Part shown: piece by piece, positions 24,081 to 32,629 of the stretch | How the letters are laid out: every line of letters begins with the position of its first letter | Position numbering within the stretch: the stretch's first letter is position 1 | Assembly (NCBI GenBank): GCA_937958015.1 | Contig: CALGOA010000063.1 | Coordinates: 9,079-73,078, forward strand | Length of the DNA stretch: 64,000 nucleotides | Source: an uncultured Acidimicrobiales bacterium | GTDB taxonomy: Bacteria; Actinomycetota; Acidimicrobiia; Acidimicrobiales; SZUA-35 | Direction: 5' to 3' | Position numbers and translations under genes: made by a program | The notes under the pieces: generated by a model | Database searches by the model: none | Told to the model about the DNA's origin: nothing | Seen by the model: only the letters and a program-made list of their open reading frames with translations

Positions 24081-25676
24081 CTAGTCGTGGGTGAGGACGG
24101 TCTCGGTGCCGTCGTGGACGTGGGTGATGGAGAACGTGTCCGCAGCCAGGTCGGCCATAAGCGTGGCGGTCGTGGTTCCGTTCTCCCAGCGCAGGCCGAG
24201 CTGATTCGGTTCGGTGGCGAGCACGGTGAGCTCGCCCGCGAATGCGGCCGAGGTGTTCCGGAGCCGCATGATCTCCAACTGGTCCTGAACCACACTGCGC
24301 TTGAGACCATCGTCGATGTCTTGAGCGGTGAGGTTGGTCCGGTTGATCTCCTTGTGGCCACCGGCGCCGCCGCGGTCGGCGGCGGCATAGTCGTTCGCGC
24401 CCGCGAACAGATCCAGATACCAGACCTGAGGGGTGCCCGGCATGAACAGCTGAATCGCTCGGGCCAGTCGCAGACGAGCCTCGCTCTCGCCGAGGGCACT
24501 GAAGAACGTGGTGTTCACCTGATAGTAGGAAATCTTCGAACCATCGGGTCCGTACAGATTCTTCACCCGGCCACCCCGCTCCAACAACCGCTCGATGATC
24601 GATTCGATCTCTTCGTTGGCCAATAACCCGTCCGTCTGCGACGTGCCACCGCCTCGTAGATCGATTACCGGGACGCCGTCGTGGCAACCGAGCATGTTGA
24701 CCGTCTTCAGGTCCTTCTCGACGATCTCACCGATCCACCGGAGCAGACGAGCATTGGTGCCGCTGTCTATGGCATCGATCACCAGACCGGGAAAGAAGAA
24801 GTCGTAGATCGGGTAGTCCTGAGCCGACAATTCTTCGTGCAGTCCTGTGCCGTACTCGGAGTGGATCTCGGGCAGCAGAACCAGGCCGCACTCCTCCGCG
24901 ATGTGTCGTAGTCGATCGAGGTACTGCCAAGTGCCGGGCGTGTTGAAGAAGTTGGATTCCCCAATCTCCTTGTGCAGATAGGCAAACGCATCGAGGCGAA
25001 GAATCTTCGCTCCGAAGTCGGCGAGTTGACGCAGGGTTGTGTGATAGAAGTCCCACACCTGTTCCGATCGAGCGTTCAGGTCCATCTGCCCCAGATACGT
25101 TCGTTCGCCGTCCACCACATCGACCTGTTGATAGAAGGTGTTCCAGTAGAAGCGGTCGGACCCGTCGGGAAATCGCACCTGCAAGATTGGTAGACCGGGT
25201 TTTCGCATGAACAGCTTCTCGAGGTGTTCGGGTGACGGCACGACGTAGCCGTCCTCGTGCAGCTCACCGCTCCCGTCCCAGAACGAGTTCCAGTCGATGA
25301 AGAAGTCGGTGAACTCAGACCGGTCGCCGTTGGCCACCAAGTCCTGAAACTGGGGTGACCCAACAGAGAGGTGATTCAGCACAAGGTCGAACTTGAGCAT
25401 GATCCCCAGGTCGTTCAACGCATCGAGATCCTCCGGCGACACCAGATCGGCATTGAGGTTGTAGTCGATGATGGAGAAGCCACGATCGAGATCGCTGTTG
25501 AAGAACGTGGGCAGCACGTAGAACAACGAGAACACATCCCGCAGTTCGGACCGTTGCAACATCCGCACCGTGCCGGCGAGGTCGGTATCCAAGCTGTCGG
25601 GGTACGCGTTGAGCATCACCCCGTTTGGCAGGCCGTGTTTCATGCTCGCCCCGAAGCTGGCCGGTTCCGCAGTCAT
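24081..25676 (-). CDS. GH13_18 sucrose-phosphorylase-like glycoside phosphorylase
   Basis: 531 aa. N-terminus GVMLNAYPDS, RLDAFAYL (nucleophile region) and LPEIHSEYG (acid/base region), all typical of the sucrose phosphorylase subfamily. Confidence 0.85.
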   Translation of the reverse strand: MTAEPASFGASMKHGLPNGVMLNAYPDSLDTDLAGTVRMLQRSELRDVFSLFYVLPTFFNSDLDRGFSIIDYNLNADLVSPEDLDALNDLGIMLKFDLVLNHLSVGSPQFQDLVANGDRSEFTDFFIDWNSFWDGSGELHEDGYVVPSPEHLEKLFMRKPGLPILQVRFPDGSDRFYWNTFYQQVDVVDGERTYLGQMDLNARSEQVWDFYHTTLRQLADFGAKILRLDAFAYLHKEIGESNFFNTPGTWQYLDRLRHIAEECGLVLLPEIHSEYGTGLHEELSAQDYPIYDFFFPGLVIDAIDSGTNARLLRWIGEIVEKDLKTVNMLGCHDGVPVIDLRGGGTSQTDGLLANEEIESIIERLLERGGRVKNLYGPDGSKISYYQVNTTFFSALGESEARLRLARAIQLFMPGTPQVWYLDLFAGANDYAAADRGGAGGHKEINRTNLTAQDIDDGLKRSVVQDQLEIMRLRNTSAAFAGELTVLATEPNQLGLRWENGTTTATLMADLAADTFSITHVHDGTETVLTHD

Positions 25677-26386
25677 CGGACCGGTACAACCTCGTAGTCG
25701 CGGGTGATAACGAAGTCGGCCAACTGTCGGTGGCCGGCGATGATCTTGTGTTCGATCTTCAACACGTTTTCGATAAACGGATCCCCGACCTCACTGCCGC
25801 GGTTTCGCTTCTGACGATGTTCCAGGGTGTCGATTCGATTTCTGGCGATGAAGACTTTGGTGTCGACGTTCTTGAGCAGCGAGGTGTACGTGCCTTCGGC
25901 GATCACCACCTTGATCCCAGCGAGGTTGATCGTCTCCTCTTCGACCGAGTTCTCGTCGTAGTCGATGAGCGGTTTGACGATCTGTGCAGCTCCCTCGATC
26001 GCATCGATCAGGTTCTGTTCGAGAAGATCGAGATGAACCTCGACGTGTGGCCCCAACCAGCTGTCGTCCTCGCGACGTTTCGCATCGTTGGACCGCGGCG
26101 GCAACTTGAAATAGTCATCCTGACCGAGCAGAACAGCCCCGATCCCATCCTTCGCAAGCTCGTCAGCGATGGCCTTGCCCGTCTCTGACTTACCACTGCC
26201 AGACTCGCCCGCAACCGTGATCGTGTAACGGCCCGTCTTCGCGTTCACGGCGGCAAGAATCTCGGGCACGATCACGCGTGCTGCGGCTATGTGATGTTCT
26301 TCAAGAACGATGATGTCGCCCTTCACAGGCCCACTCTCCTCGGTTCGATACGTAACGCACAAAACGGCGGTCGCGGATCGTACCAC
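25673..26386 (-). CDS. P-loop kinase of the uridine kinase/phosphoribulokinase (PRK) family
   Basis: Walker A GESGSGKSET and LLGQDDYF. Its stop overlaps the phosphorylase start (ATGA at 25673-25676). The true start within the first ~25 codons is uncertain. Confidence 0.7.
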   Translation of the reverse strand: MVRSATAVLCVTYRTEESGPVKGDIIVLEEHHIAAARVIVPEILAAVNAKTGRYTITVAGESGSGKSETGKAIADELAKDGIGAVLLGQDDYFKLPPRSNDAKRREDDSWLGPHVEVHLDLLEQNLIDAIEGAAQIVKPLIDYDENSVEEETINLAGIKVVIAEGTYTSLLKNVDTKVFIARNRIDTLEHRQKRNRGSEVGDPFIENVLKIEHKIIAGHRQLADFVITRDYEVVPVR

Positions 26387-26503
26387 TGCTGCTCACCACA
26401 ACTTCGAGCGAAACTCGAGCCAAATTCTCCACGGCACCGGGTCCGAGGTCCCCGACCTTGCCTAGCAGTGCCTCGCCGTCTCGCGCTGCGCGAGGATGTC
26501 AAC

Positions 26504-26914
26504 ATGTCAGATCACGACCACTGCCCCAGCTGTGGGCACGAATTGAGCATGTTTCGAGTAAGTGCACCGGGACAGGGCGAGCGGGTGGCGAACGCCATCG
26601 CCTCCCGGGTGGCCTCCTGGTGGTTCCCGACGTTGGTGTTGGTGGGGGTGGGCATCTGGAGCCTGATCAACGTTGTGTCCCGTCCAATCGAGCCCTATCC
26701 GGTGGTGGTTCTGGCATGGATCAGCGCAGTGCTGGCCACCGTTGCCGCCTGTCAGGGGCCGTTGATCCTCCTGAGTCAACGGCGGGCAGCACTACATGAT
26801 CGGGAGCGGGATGAGGAGGTGTTTCGAGTGGCGGTCAATTCCGAAGCCGACCTTCACACGATCGTGAATCGCCTCGACAGCATCGACGCGAAACTCTCCG
26901 CCCGCGACCGGTAG
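26504..26914 (+). CDS. DUF1003-family membrane protein
   Basis: Start moved to the in-frame ATG at 26504 (MSDHDHCPSCGHEL). Two TM helices, then LLSQRRAALHDRERDE...NSEADL, typical of DUF1003. The upstream part of the track ORF overlaps the kinase gene region. Confidence 0.7.
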   Translation: MSDHDHCPSCGHELSMFRVSAPGQGERVANAIASRVASWWFPTLVLVGVGIWSLINVVSRPIEPYPVVVLAWISAVLATVAACQGPLILLSQRRAALHDRERDEEVFRVAVNSEADLHTIVNRLDSIDAKLSARDR

Positions 26915-27103
26915 TCCCTACGGCCGGGAGGTGGACGCTGAGCATCGAATTCGACCAATCGTGGGACTCCGATTGGACGAATATCCATGTCAGTGCACTT
27001 ACGAAAGATCTGTGACGATATACCTAGTCGCTAATGTGTTCTAGGTGATCGGTCGAGGTGTCCTATAGTAGAAAAACCCCTGCACGGGACGTTGGAGTCC
27101 GAA

Positions 27104-27697
27104 ATGTCGAACAAGAACGAATCGAATCAAACCGACGGTCGTTACGAGTTTCGCGTCTGGGGAGACCATCGCAAGGCCGAAAAGAAGCTGGCGGACATGG
27201 CTACCACCGAACTCCGCGAGGAGTTTGAAGACTGCTATCTACTGGTCGACGACGACGAGGTGAACGCCAAGGTTCGGGACAGCACCCTGAAGGTGAAGCA
27301 ACTCGTCTCCACCGACAAGGGTTTCGATCAGTGGTCTTCGGACTGGCACACCGATGCTGATTCGGCCCCTTCGCCGCTGGATGAAGTGTTCGAGGAACTC
27401 TCCCTGGACCGTCCTCAGCGAGGCAAGAGTTACAGCATCAACAAGGCCGTCAAAGACCTCGACGACGACGCCACCGCCCGGCCCGTGTTTGTGGTGAAGA
27501 ACCGTCGTCGATATCGCATCGGTTCGATGAAGGCCGAGGTGACCGAGATCAATGTGAAGGGTCGAAACAAGTCGCTTCGAACCGTCGCCATCGAGGGCGA
27601 CAACCTGAAGGACCTCGTCGCGCTCCGTCGGGAACTGGGTCTGAAGGGCGAAGCCAACGTGCCGATGCACGTGGCGCTGGACCGTCAGGCCAGCTGA
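27104..27697 (+). CDS. hypothetical protein, possibly CYTH-like (triphosphate tunnel) fold
   Basis: GGAG lies 6 nt before the ATG at 27104. YEFRVWG near the N-terminus and KNRRRYRIG...AEVTEINVKG...VAIEG weakly resemble CYTH strands. Charged, lower-GC gene. Confidence 0.45.
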   Translation: MSNKNESNQTDGRYEFRVWGDHRKAEKKLADMATTELREEFEDCYLLVDDDEVNAKVRDSTLKVKQLVSTDKGFDQWSSDWHTDADSAPSPLDEVFEELSLDRPQRGKSYSINKAVKDLDDDATARPVFVVKNRRRYRIGSMKAEVTEINVKGRNKSLRTVAIEGDNLKDLVALRRELGLKGEANVPMHVALDRQAS

Positions 27698-27702
27698 CTC
27701 AG

Positions 27703-28386
27703 CTAGTCGTCGAGGTCGACCGTGCCCTCAGCTGCATAGTCGACGTGGGGGATCGGCTCTCCCGAGGTTCGGACCACGCCGATGAGGTTCATGACGATGC
27801 GGCGCAGATAGCGGTAGTAGATCGCGAGCGGAACAACCTCGTGACCAGGCTGGGTCGACGTCATGAATCCGTCGATTTTCTGCTGGTGGTTCGCCGCAAT
27901 CTCGAGCGCCCGATCGGCGAACTCATCTACTGCCGAGTCGCTGGCGTCGGAGTCACCGAGCAGTTCGGCGGCATCAACAAACAGCCTGGACACGATCTGG
28001 CGGCCCAGCAGCAATTCGTCGATGTCGGCGCTATCGACCAGGGAGACACCACTCTCGGCCAGATCCAGTACGTTCTTGGCCTGGTCGCCGATCCGTTCGA
28101 TCTTCTTGATCAGCAACGTGAATCCGAGTACCGAGCCGATGTCGGCGTTGCCCTGAACCGTGACGTGGACGACCAGTTCCGACCGAAGCTCCTGCTCGGC
28201 GGTGTTGATTCGCTGGTCGGTCTCGCGAATGTCGTTGGCGACCGTTTCGGCATCGGTTTCGGTGAGCAACGCCAGCGTGGCCAGATCAAATGAGTGGCGG
28301 GCGTCGCTGAGCATCCCGATCGACCGGGCGACGATGGCGTCGAAGGATCCATCGCTCGAACCACCTCTAAAGAATGCAAGAACCAT
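27703..28386 (-). CDS. PhoU-domain protein (Na/Pi-cotransporter-associated)
   Basis: Two PhoU-like helical repeats, with IKKIERIGDQAKNV matching the PhoU E/D-R-I-G-D signature. It lies directly downstream of the Na/Pi transporter gene. Confidence 0.75.
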   Translation of the reverse strand: MVLAFFRGGSSDGSFDAIVARSIGMLSDARHSFDLATLALLTETDAETVANDIRETDQRINTAEQELRSELVVHVTVQGNADIGSVLGFTLLIKKIERIGDQAKNVLDLAESGVSLVDSADIDELLLGRQIVSRLFVDAAELLGDSDASDSAVDEFADRALEIAANHQQKIDGFMTSTQPGHEVVPLAIYYRYLRRIVMNLIGVVRTSGEPIPHVDYAAEGTVDLDD

Positions 28387-28398
28387 AGTGAGCTCCTT

Positions 28399-29526
28399 CT
28401 AACCGAGAATAACGACGCCGATGAGCGGCAGCACGACGAACGAGAAGACGACGTAGGCCACGGCGGCCGAGCCGTTCTTGACCGCCAGACCAGCGAGTCC
28501 CTCGGCGAGCCGAATGGGGATATCACGCAGGAAGGGGAGTCCGTAGAGCACGGCGATGCCGTAGATGTTGAAGGTGGTGTGGGCGAGGGCCACGGTGAGC
28601 GACTCGGGGCTGGACGCAGCCAGCGAAGCGAGAAGGGCAGTGATGGTGGTTCCGATGTTCGCACCGAGCGTGACCGGGTACGCATTGCGGAGGGTGATCA
28701 CGCCTGCGCCTGCGAGGGGGATGAGGATTGACGTAGTGATGCTGGAGGATTGAACCGCCACGGTGATGATTGCGCCGATGACGATGGCGACGACCCCGCC
28801 ACCCCTACTGAGAAGGGCATTCACCGCCCGTTCCACGCGATCGGCGACGAGTGCCCGCATGTTCCTAGTGATCAGGGTTAATGCCAGCAGGATGATGACG
28901 AGCCCGGTACCGATCATCAGAACACCGCGGAAACCGTCGGTTGCCCCGACCGCTTCCCAGAAGCTTTGAATCCAGCCCACCGGCTCCTTGACCCACACCT
29001 TGACCGGACTCTTCCACTCGGTGCCGGCGGTTCCCACCAGTCGACCGCTCACCCACTCGGCCACGCTGCTGATGATGCCGAAGGCCAACTCGAGGGGCAG
29101 GAGGATCATCACGGCGAGCACGTTGAAGAAGTCGTGCACCGCGGCGGCGGCGAAGGCCCGCCGGAACTCGCCGGACTGGCGAATGTGTCCCAGTGAAACG
29201 AGGGTGTTGGTCACCGTGGTGCCGATGTTGGCGCCCATGATCATCGGCACGGCGTCGTCGACACCCAGGGCACCGGAGGCCACGAGGCCAACGATCACCG
29301 ATGTAGAGGCCGATGACGACTGCACCAGAACAGTGCCAAGCACACCGATACACAGCGCCGCTATAGGGTTGCTGGCTGCGGAGAACAGACTCTCCTGGGT
29401 GTCTGAGCCAAGGATCTTGATGCCCGTTTCGAGTGAGGACACTCCGACAAGAAAGAAATAGATCAGCGAGACGACGATCGCCGACTGGATATAGCCGGGA
29501 ATTTCTCTCGTAGTGGTCTTGGTCAC
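28399..29526 (-). CDS. Na+/phosphate cotransporter family protein (NptA-like)
   Basis: 375 aa polytopic protein with the duplicated Na_Pi_cotrans pattern (QSSSASTSV... and QSSSITTSI... repeats, GANIGTT twice). Confidence 0.85.
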   Translation of the reverse strand: MTKTTTREIPGYIQSAIVVSLIYFFLVGVSSLETGIKILGSDTQESLFSAASNPIAALCIGVLGTVLVQSSSASTSVIVGLVASGALGVDDAVPMIMGANIGTTVTNTLVSLGHIRQSGEFRRAFAAAAVHDFFNVLAVMILLPLELAFGIISSVAEWVSGRLVGTAGTEWKSPVKVWVKEPVGWIQSFWEAVGATDGFRGVLMIGTGLVIILLALTLITRNMRALVADRVERAVNALLSRGGGVVAIVIGAIITVAVQSSSITTSILIPLAGAGVITLRNAYPVTLGANIGTTITALLASLAASSPESLTVALAHTTFNIYGIAVLYGLPFLRDIPIRLAEGLAGLAVKNGSAAVAYVVFSFVVLPLIGVVILG

Positions 29527-29620
29527 AGCGTGCGAAAGACTACTGGCGTCGACCCCCTGTTGCTACGAACCGGCTCCGAACCGATTGAAGCGTTGGGTCG
29601 CTTGGCAATAGTTTCGAGGT

Positions 29621-30352
29621 ATGGAATTGTCGGGACGTACAGCATTGGTAACCGGTTCGAGCAGCGGAATCGGTGAACGCACCGCGGAACGGTTGGCCGA
29701 ACTAGGCGCCAATGTGGTGGTCAATTCGGTGTCGTCGGTAGAGGCCGGGGCTGAAGTGGCAGAGCGTCTGGGGGAGCGGGGCCACTACCTGCAGGGCGAC
29801 ATCTCCGATGGTGAACAGGCGAAGGCGCTGATCGATGGAACGATCGACCGTTTCGGCCAACTCGACATTCTTGTCAACAACGCCGGTTGGACCACCGTGG
29901 TGCCCCACGACGACCTCGACTCGCTCACCGACGACATATTTCAGAAAACCTTCGAAGTGAACGTGTTCGGCACCTGGCAGTTGACCAAGTTGGCGATTCC
30001 GCACCTTCGCCAGAGCGACGATCCCAACGTCATCACCATCACGTCGATCGCCGGTGTGCGCCCGGTTGGGTCCTCGATCGCCTACTCGATGTCGAAGGCG
30101 GCGCTCAATCACATGACCCTGCTCCTGGCGAAGTCATACGGACCGATTCGATTTAATGCCGTGGCTCCCGGGTTGGTGGCGACACCGTGGACGAGTGACT
30201 GGGATGCGCTGCACGCGTCCGTCGCCAAGAGGGCGCCGGTGCCGAGATCGGCGACCCCCGACGATTGTGCCGAGGCGGTTCTGGCGTTCGTCCGGAACCG
30301 CTACACGTCCGGCGCTGTGTTCGTAGTCGATGGTGGGTTGACGCAGGTATGA
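29621..30352 (+). CDS. classical SDR oxidoreductase
   Basis: TGSSSGIG, NNAG, S...YSMSKAAL catalytic motif. Confidence 0.9.
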   Translation: MELSGRTALVTGSSSGIGERTAERLAELGANVVVNSVSSVEAGAEVAERLGERGHYLQGDISDGEQAKALIDGTIDRFGQLDILVNNAGWTTVVPHDDLDSLTDDIFQKTFEVNVFGTWQLTKLAIPHLRQSDDPNVITITSIAGVRPVGSSIAYSMSKAALNHMTLLLAKSYGPIRFNAVAPGLVATPWTSDWDALHASVAKRAPVPRSATPDDCAEAVLAFVRNRYTSGAVFVVDGGLTQV

Positions 30353-30572
30353 CCGAGCACTGGGGCCCGACATCGACACGGCATAACTCAAGGCCTCGAC
30401 CTGCGGCTTTTCGTTGACCTTGCGCGTAATAAAGCTGGCGTAAATAAGCCTCATATAAACGAAAGTAGATCTTCGAGAAACTTCCCAAATTGTGGGAATG
30501 GGATCGAGGGGTCGTGAGTTCTATAGCGCTGACCGGCCACAACGGACGGTGCCTCTGAAAGGAACTCTCGAC

Positions 30573-31691
30573 ATGACTACTCGCCTCCCCCTCCCGAACT
30601 GGAAGCGCACCGCTGCGCTGCTGCTCGCCGTCAGCCTCACCGCAGCTGCGTGCGGATCCGATGATCCCGAAGCCGCGGCCGGTGTCGACGACCAAACCGA
30701 ACAGGCCGTCGAAGCCGAAGAAGCAATGGAAGATGAAGAAGGATCCATGGAGGACGACGAGTCCATGGAGGAAGATTCGATGGAGGACGAAGACTCGATG
30801 GAGGAGGATTCCATGGAGGAGGACTCGATGGGGGAGGATTCCATGGAGGAGGACTCGATGGAAGAAGAGGGAGCGATGTCTGAAGGTCGGCCGACCATCG
30901 ACATCACCTTCGAAGGCCTCGAACCGCTCGGCGATAACTTCGAATACGAGCTGTGGACGGTTGTCGACGGTGCGCCCGTGACCGGCGGCATCTTCGACAT
31001 CGACGCCGCGGGCGACGTTGTGTTCTCATCCGATCAGGATGTGTTCTACGGACACGACGGTGCGTCCGACGTTGTGATCTCGATCGAGCCCGCCGTCGAC
31101 CCTGACCCCGCCCCTGCAGCAGCCAAACCGCTTGGTGGCGCCATCGCCGATGACGGTTCCTTCACGCTGGGGACCAGCCACCCGGCAGCCTTTGGCACCG
31201 ACTTCGCCGACGCCAGTGGTGGATACATCCTGGCCACACCGAGCAACGGTCCCGACACCGACGAGCTCTCCGGACTGTGGTTCCTCCAGGTCGGCGATGA
31301 CGGCCCCGAGGCCAGCCTGAACCTTCCCGAACTCCCCGAGGGTTGGGTGTACGAAGGGTGGGCCGTCGCCGATGGCCAGCCGATCTCGACCGGCACCTTC
31401 ACCGATGGCGCCGCCGCCGACGACTTCGACGGATTCACCGGACCCGGCGATGTGCCGGCGTACCCCGGTGAGGACTTCCTGGTGAACGCTCCTGACGGGA
31501 TCGACTTCCCGATCAACCTGCAGGGTGGCCTGGCCGTGATCAGCGTTGAACCGGCCGATGATAATGACCCCGCTCCGTTTGCGCTGAAGCCGCTCGTGGG
31601 TGAGATCCCCGCCGATGCCGAACCGTTCACCAACTACGACCTCGGAACCGGCCCCGTCTTCTCCGGAAGCGGACAACAGAACAACGGCTGA
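30573..31691 (+). CDS. lipoprotein with an acidic SMEED-repeat linker and two RskA-C-terminal-like (anti-sigma-K-type) extracytoplasmic domains
   Basis: Start moved to ATG at 30573. Signal peptide with lipobox LTAAAC. The repeat run MEDEEGSMEDDESMEEDSMEDEDSMEEDSMEEDSMGEDSMEEDSMEEE follows. Then two modules with (Y/W)E(L/G)W.V.DG.P..(T/S)G.F. Confidence 0.65.
   Translation: MTTRLPLPNWKRTAALLLAVSLTAAACGSDDPEAAAGVDDQTEQAVEAEEAMEDEEGSMEDDESMEEDSMEDEDSMEEDSMEEDSMGEDSMEEDSMEEEGAMSEGRPTIDITFEGLEPLGDNFEYELWTVVDGAPVTGGIFDIDAAGDVVFSSDQDVFYGHDGASDVVISIEPAVDPDPAPAAAKPLGGAIADDGSFTLGTSHPAAFGTDFADASGGYILATPSNGPDTDELSGLWFLQVGDDGPEASLNLPELPEGWVYEGWAVADGQPISTGTFTDGAAADDFDGFTGPGDVPAYPGEDFLVNAPDGIDFPINLQGGLAVISVEPADDNDPAPFALKPLVGEIPADAEPFTNYDLGTGPVFSGSGQQNNG
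30726..30878 (+). repeat. in-frame 15-nt/30-nt tandem repeat encoding (D/E)SMEE units
   Basis: GAGGATTCCATGGAGGAGGACTCGATGG(A/G)G is reiterated, with about ten 5-aa units. Confidence 0.75.
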
Positions 31692-31710
31692 TCTCCCACA
31701 GCCGCTGACC

Positions 31711-31774
31711 GGTAGGCGTTCCCTCTCCCGCCTACCACCCGCCTGAGGGCCATCCGCTGCGGCGGATGGCCCTC
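31711..31774. terminator. pair of strong hairpins between convergent genes (bidirectional terminator candidate)
   Basis: GGTAGGCG-10 nt-CGCCTACC (31711-31736), and a perfect 13-bp stem GAGGGCCATCCGC-tgcg-GCGGATGGCCCTC (31745-31774) followed by TTAAGGTTTTC. Confidence 0.6.
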
Positions 31775-32428
31775 TTAAGGTTTTCGGGCCCGTTCGATGC
31801 CGGTGGGAACAACCGACTCGGGACCGTAGGGGAATCGGTTTTCGAACTCTGCGTTCACCGAGACCCAACGCACCACCTGAGCGCGATCCAGTGCGCCGTT
31901 GTCCATTAGGCTTTTCCAGTACTGAAAGCCGTCCTCGTCGGGTTGTCGTCCCAGCATGTTGAAATAGACCCGACGCAGATATGCCTCGTGATCGTTCTCG
32001 GGTATGTCCTCGTATTGTGCCGCGAACTCGGGTTGAAGCGGATTGGCAAACCAGTGCGTGATTCCGGCCAGGTCGATCACCTGGGTCGAGCAGAAAAGAT
32101 CGGTTGAGGTGCCGTTGATTCGGGTGGAGTGTGACTCGGGCCCGGTCCCCAACAGTGGGTTCCAGATGTCGTAGTCCAGATGACCGGCCTGCTCTCCGGT
32201 CTGGGTGGTGCCGTAGGTCATCACCATGCCATCGGGTGTGAGGGCGGCGTGGATGGGCACGATCGGCCAGTCGGCCAGATCGGACCACTGTCCGGTCGAG
32301 TCGGCTGCCGCGGCCGCTCGGGGCCCACCGCCGATCGCGGCCATCAGTGCCGTCAGCAGGATCACCGTTGTTGCTACGACAAAACGCCGTCGTATGTTCC
32401 GCCTCTTCAGTCCGCCGTCGCGGTTCAC
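31775..32428 (-). CDS. secreted protein: glyoxal/galactose-oxidase-like N-terminal fragment fused to a DUF4214-like C-terminus
   Basis: Signal/TM segment, then GQWSDLADWPIVPIHAALTPDGMVMTYG, typical of the first blades of GlxA/glyoxal oxidases. After ~110 aa it switches to YLRRVYFNMLGRQPDEDGFQYWKSLMDNG...VSVNAEF (DUF4214 pattern). Confidence 0.55.
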   Translation of the reverse strand: MNRDGGLKRRNIRRRFVVATTVILLTALMAAIGGGPRAAAAADSTGQWSDLADWPIVPIHAALTPDGMVMTYGTTQTGEQAGHLDYDIWNPLLGTGPESHSTRINGTSTDLFCSTQVIDLAGITHWFANPLQPEFAAQYEDIPENDHEAYLRRVYFNMLGRQPDEDGFQYWKSLMDNGALDRAQVVRWVSVNAEFENRFPYGPESVVPTGIERARKP

Positions 32429-32629
32429 CCGATTCCCCCCGGGAAGATATGTAACGCCCGCTGTTCTCGTTGCGCCTGCCCGCCCATTCGTAGTCTGTCC
32501 GCCTGCACCGCCAAAGCGTGCGGAATTCTAAGAAAATTCTCCAGAGTCCAAAGACTCTGACGAGTGACTGCGTGGCCCGATGTCTTCGTCAGCTTGCACC
32601 GGCGGGGGTGCGTGCGTCAGGCTCGAACC

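Noticed and set aside
23543-24687. Two 318-aa minus-strand ORFs (23543..24499 and 23731..24687) that span the box array and the 3' end of the GH13 gene.
   Set aside because: They are out of frame with the well-supported phosphorylase gene, run through the repeat array and have low-complexity Arg/Pro-rich translations. They are GC artefacts.
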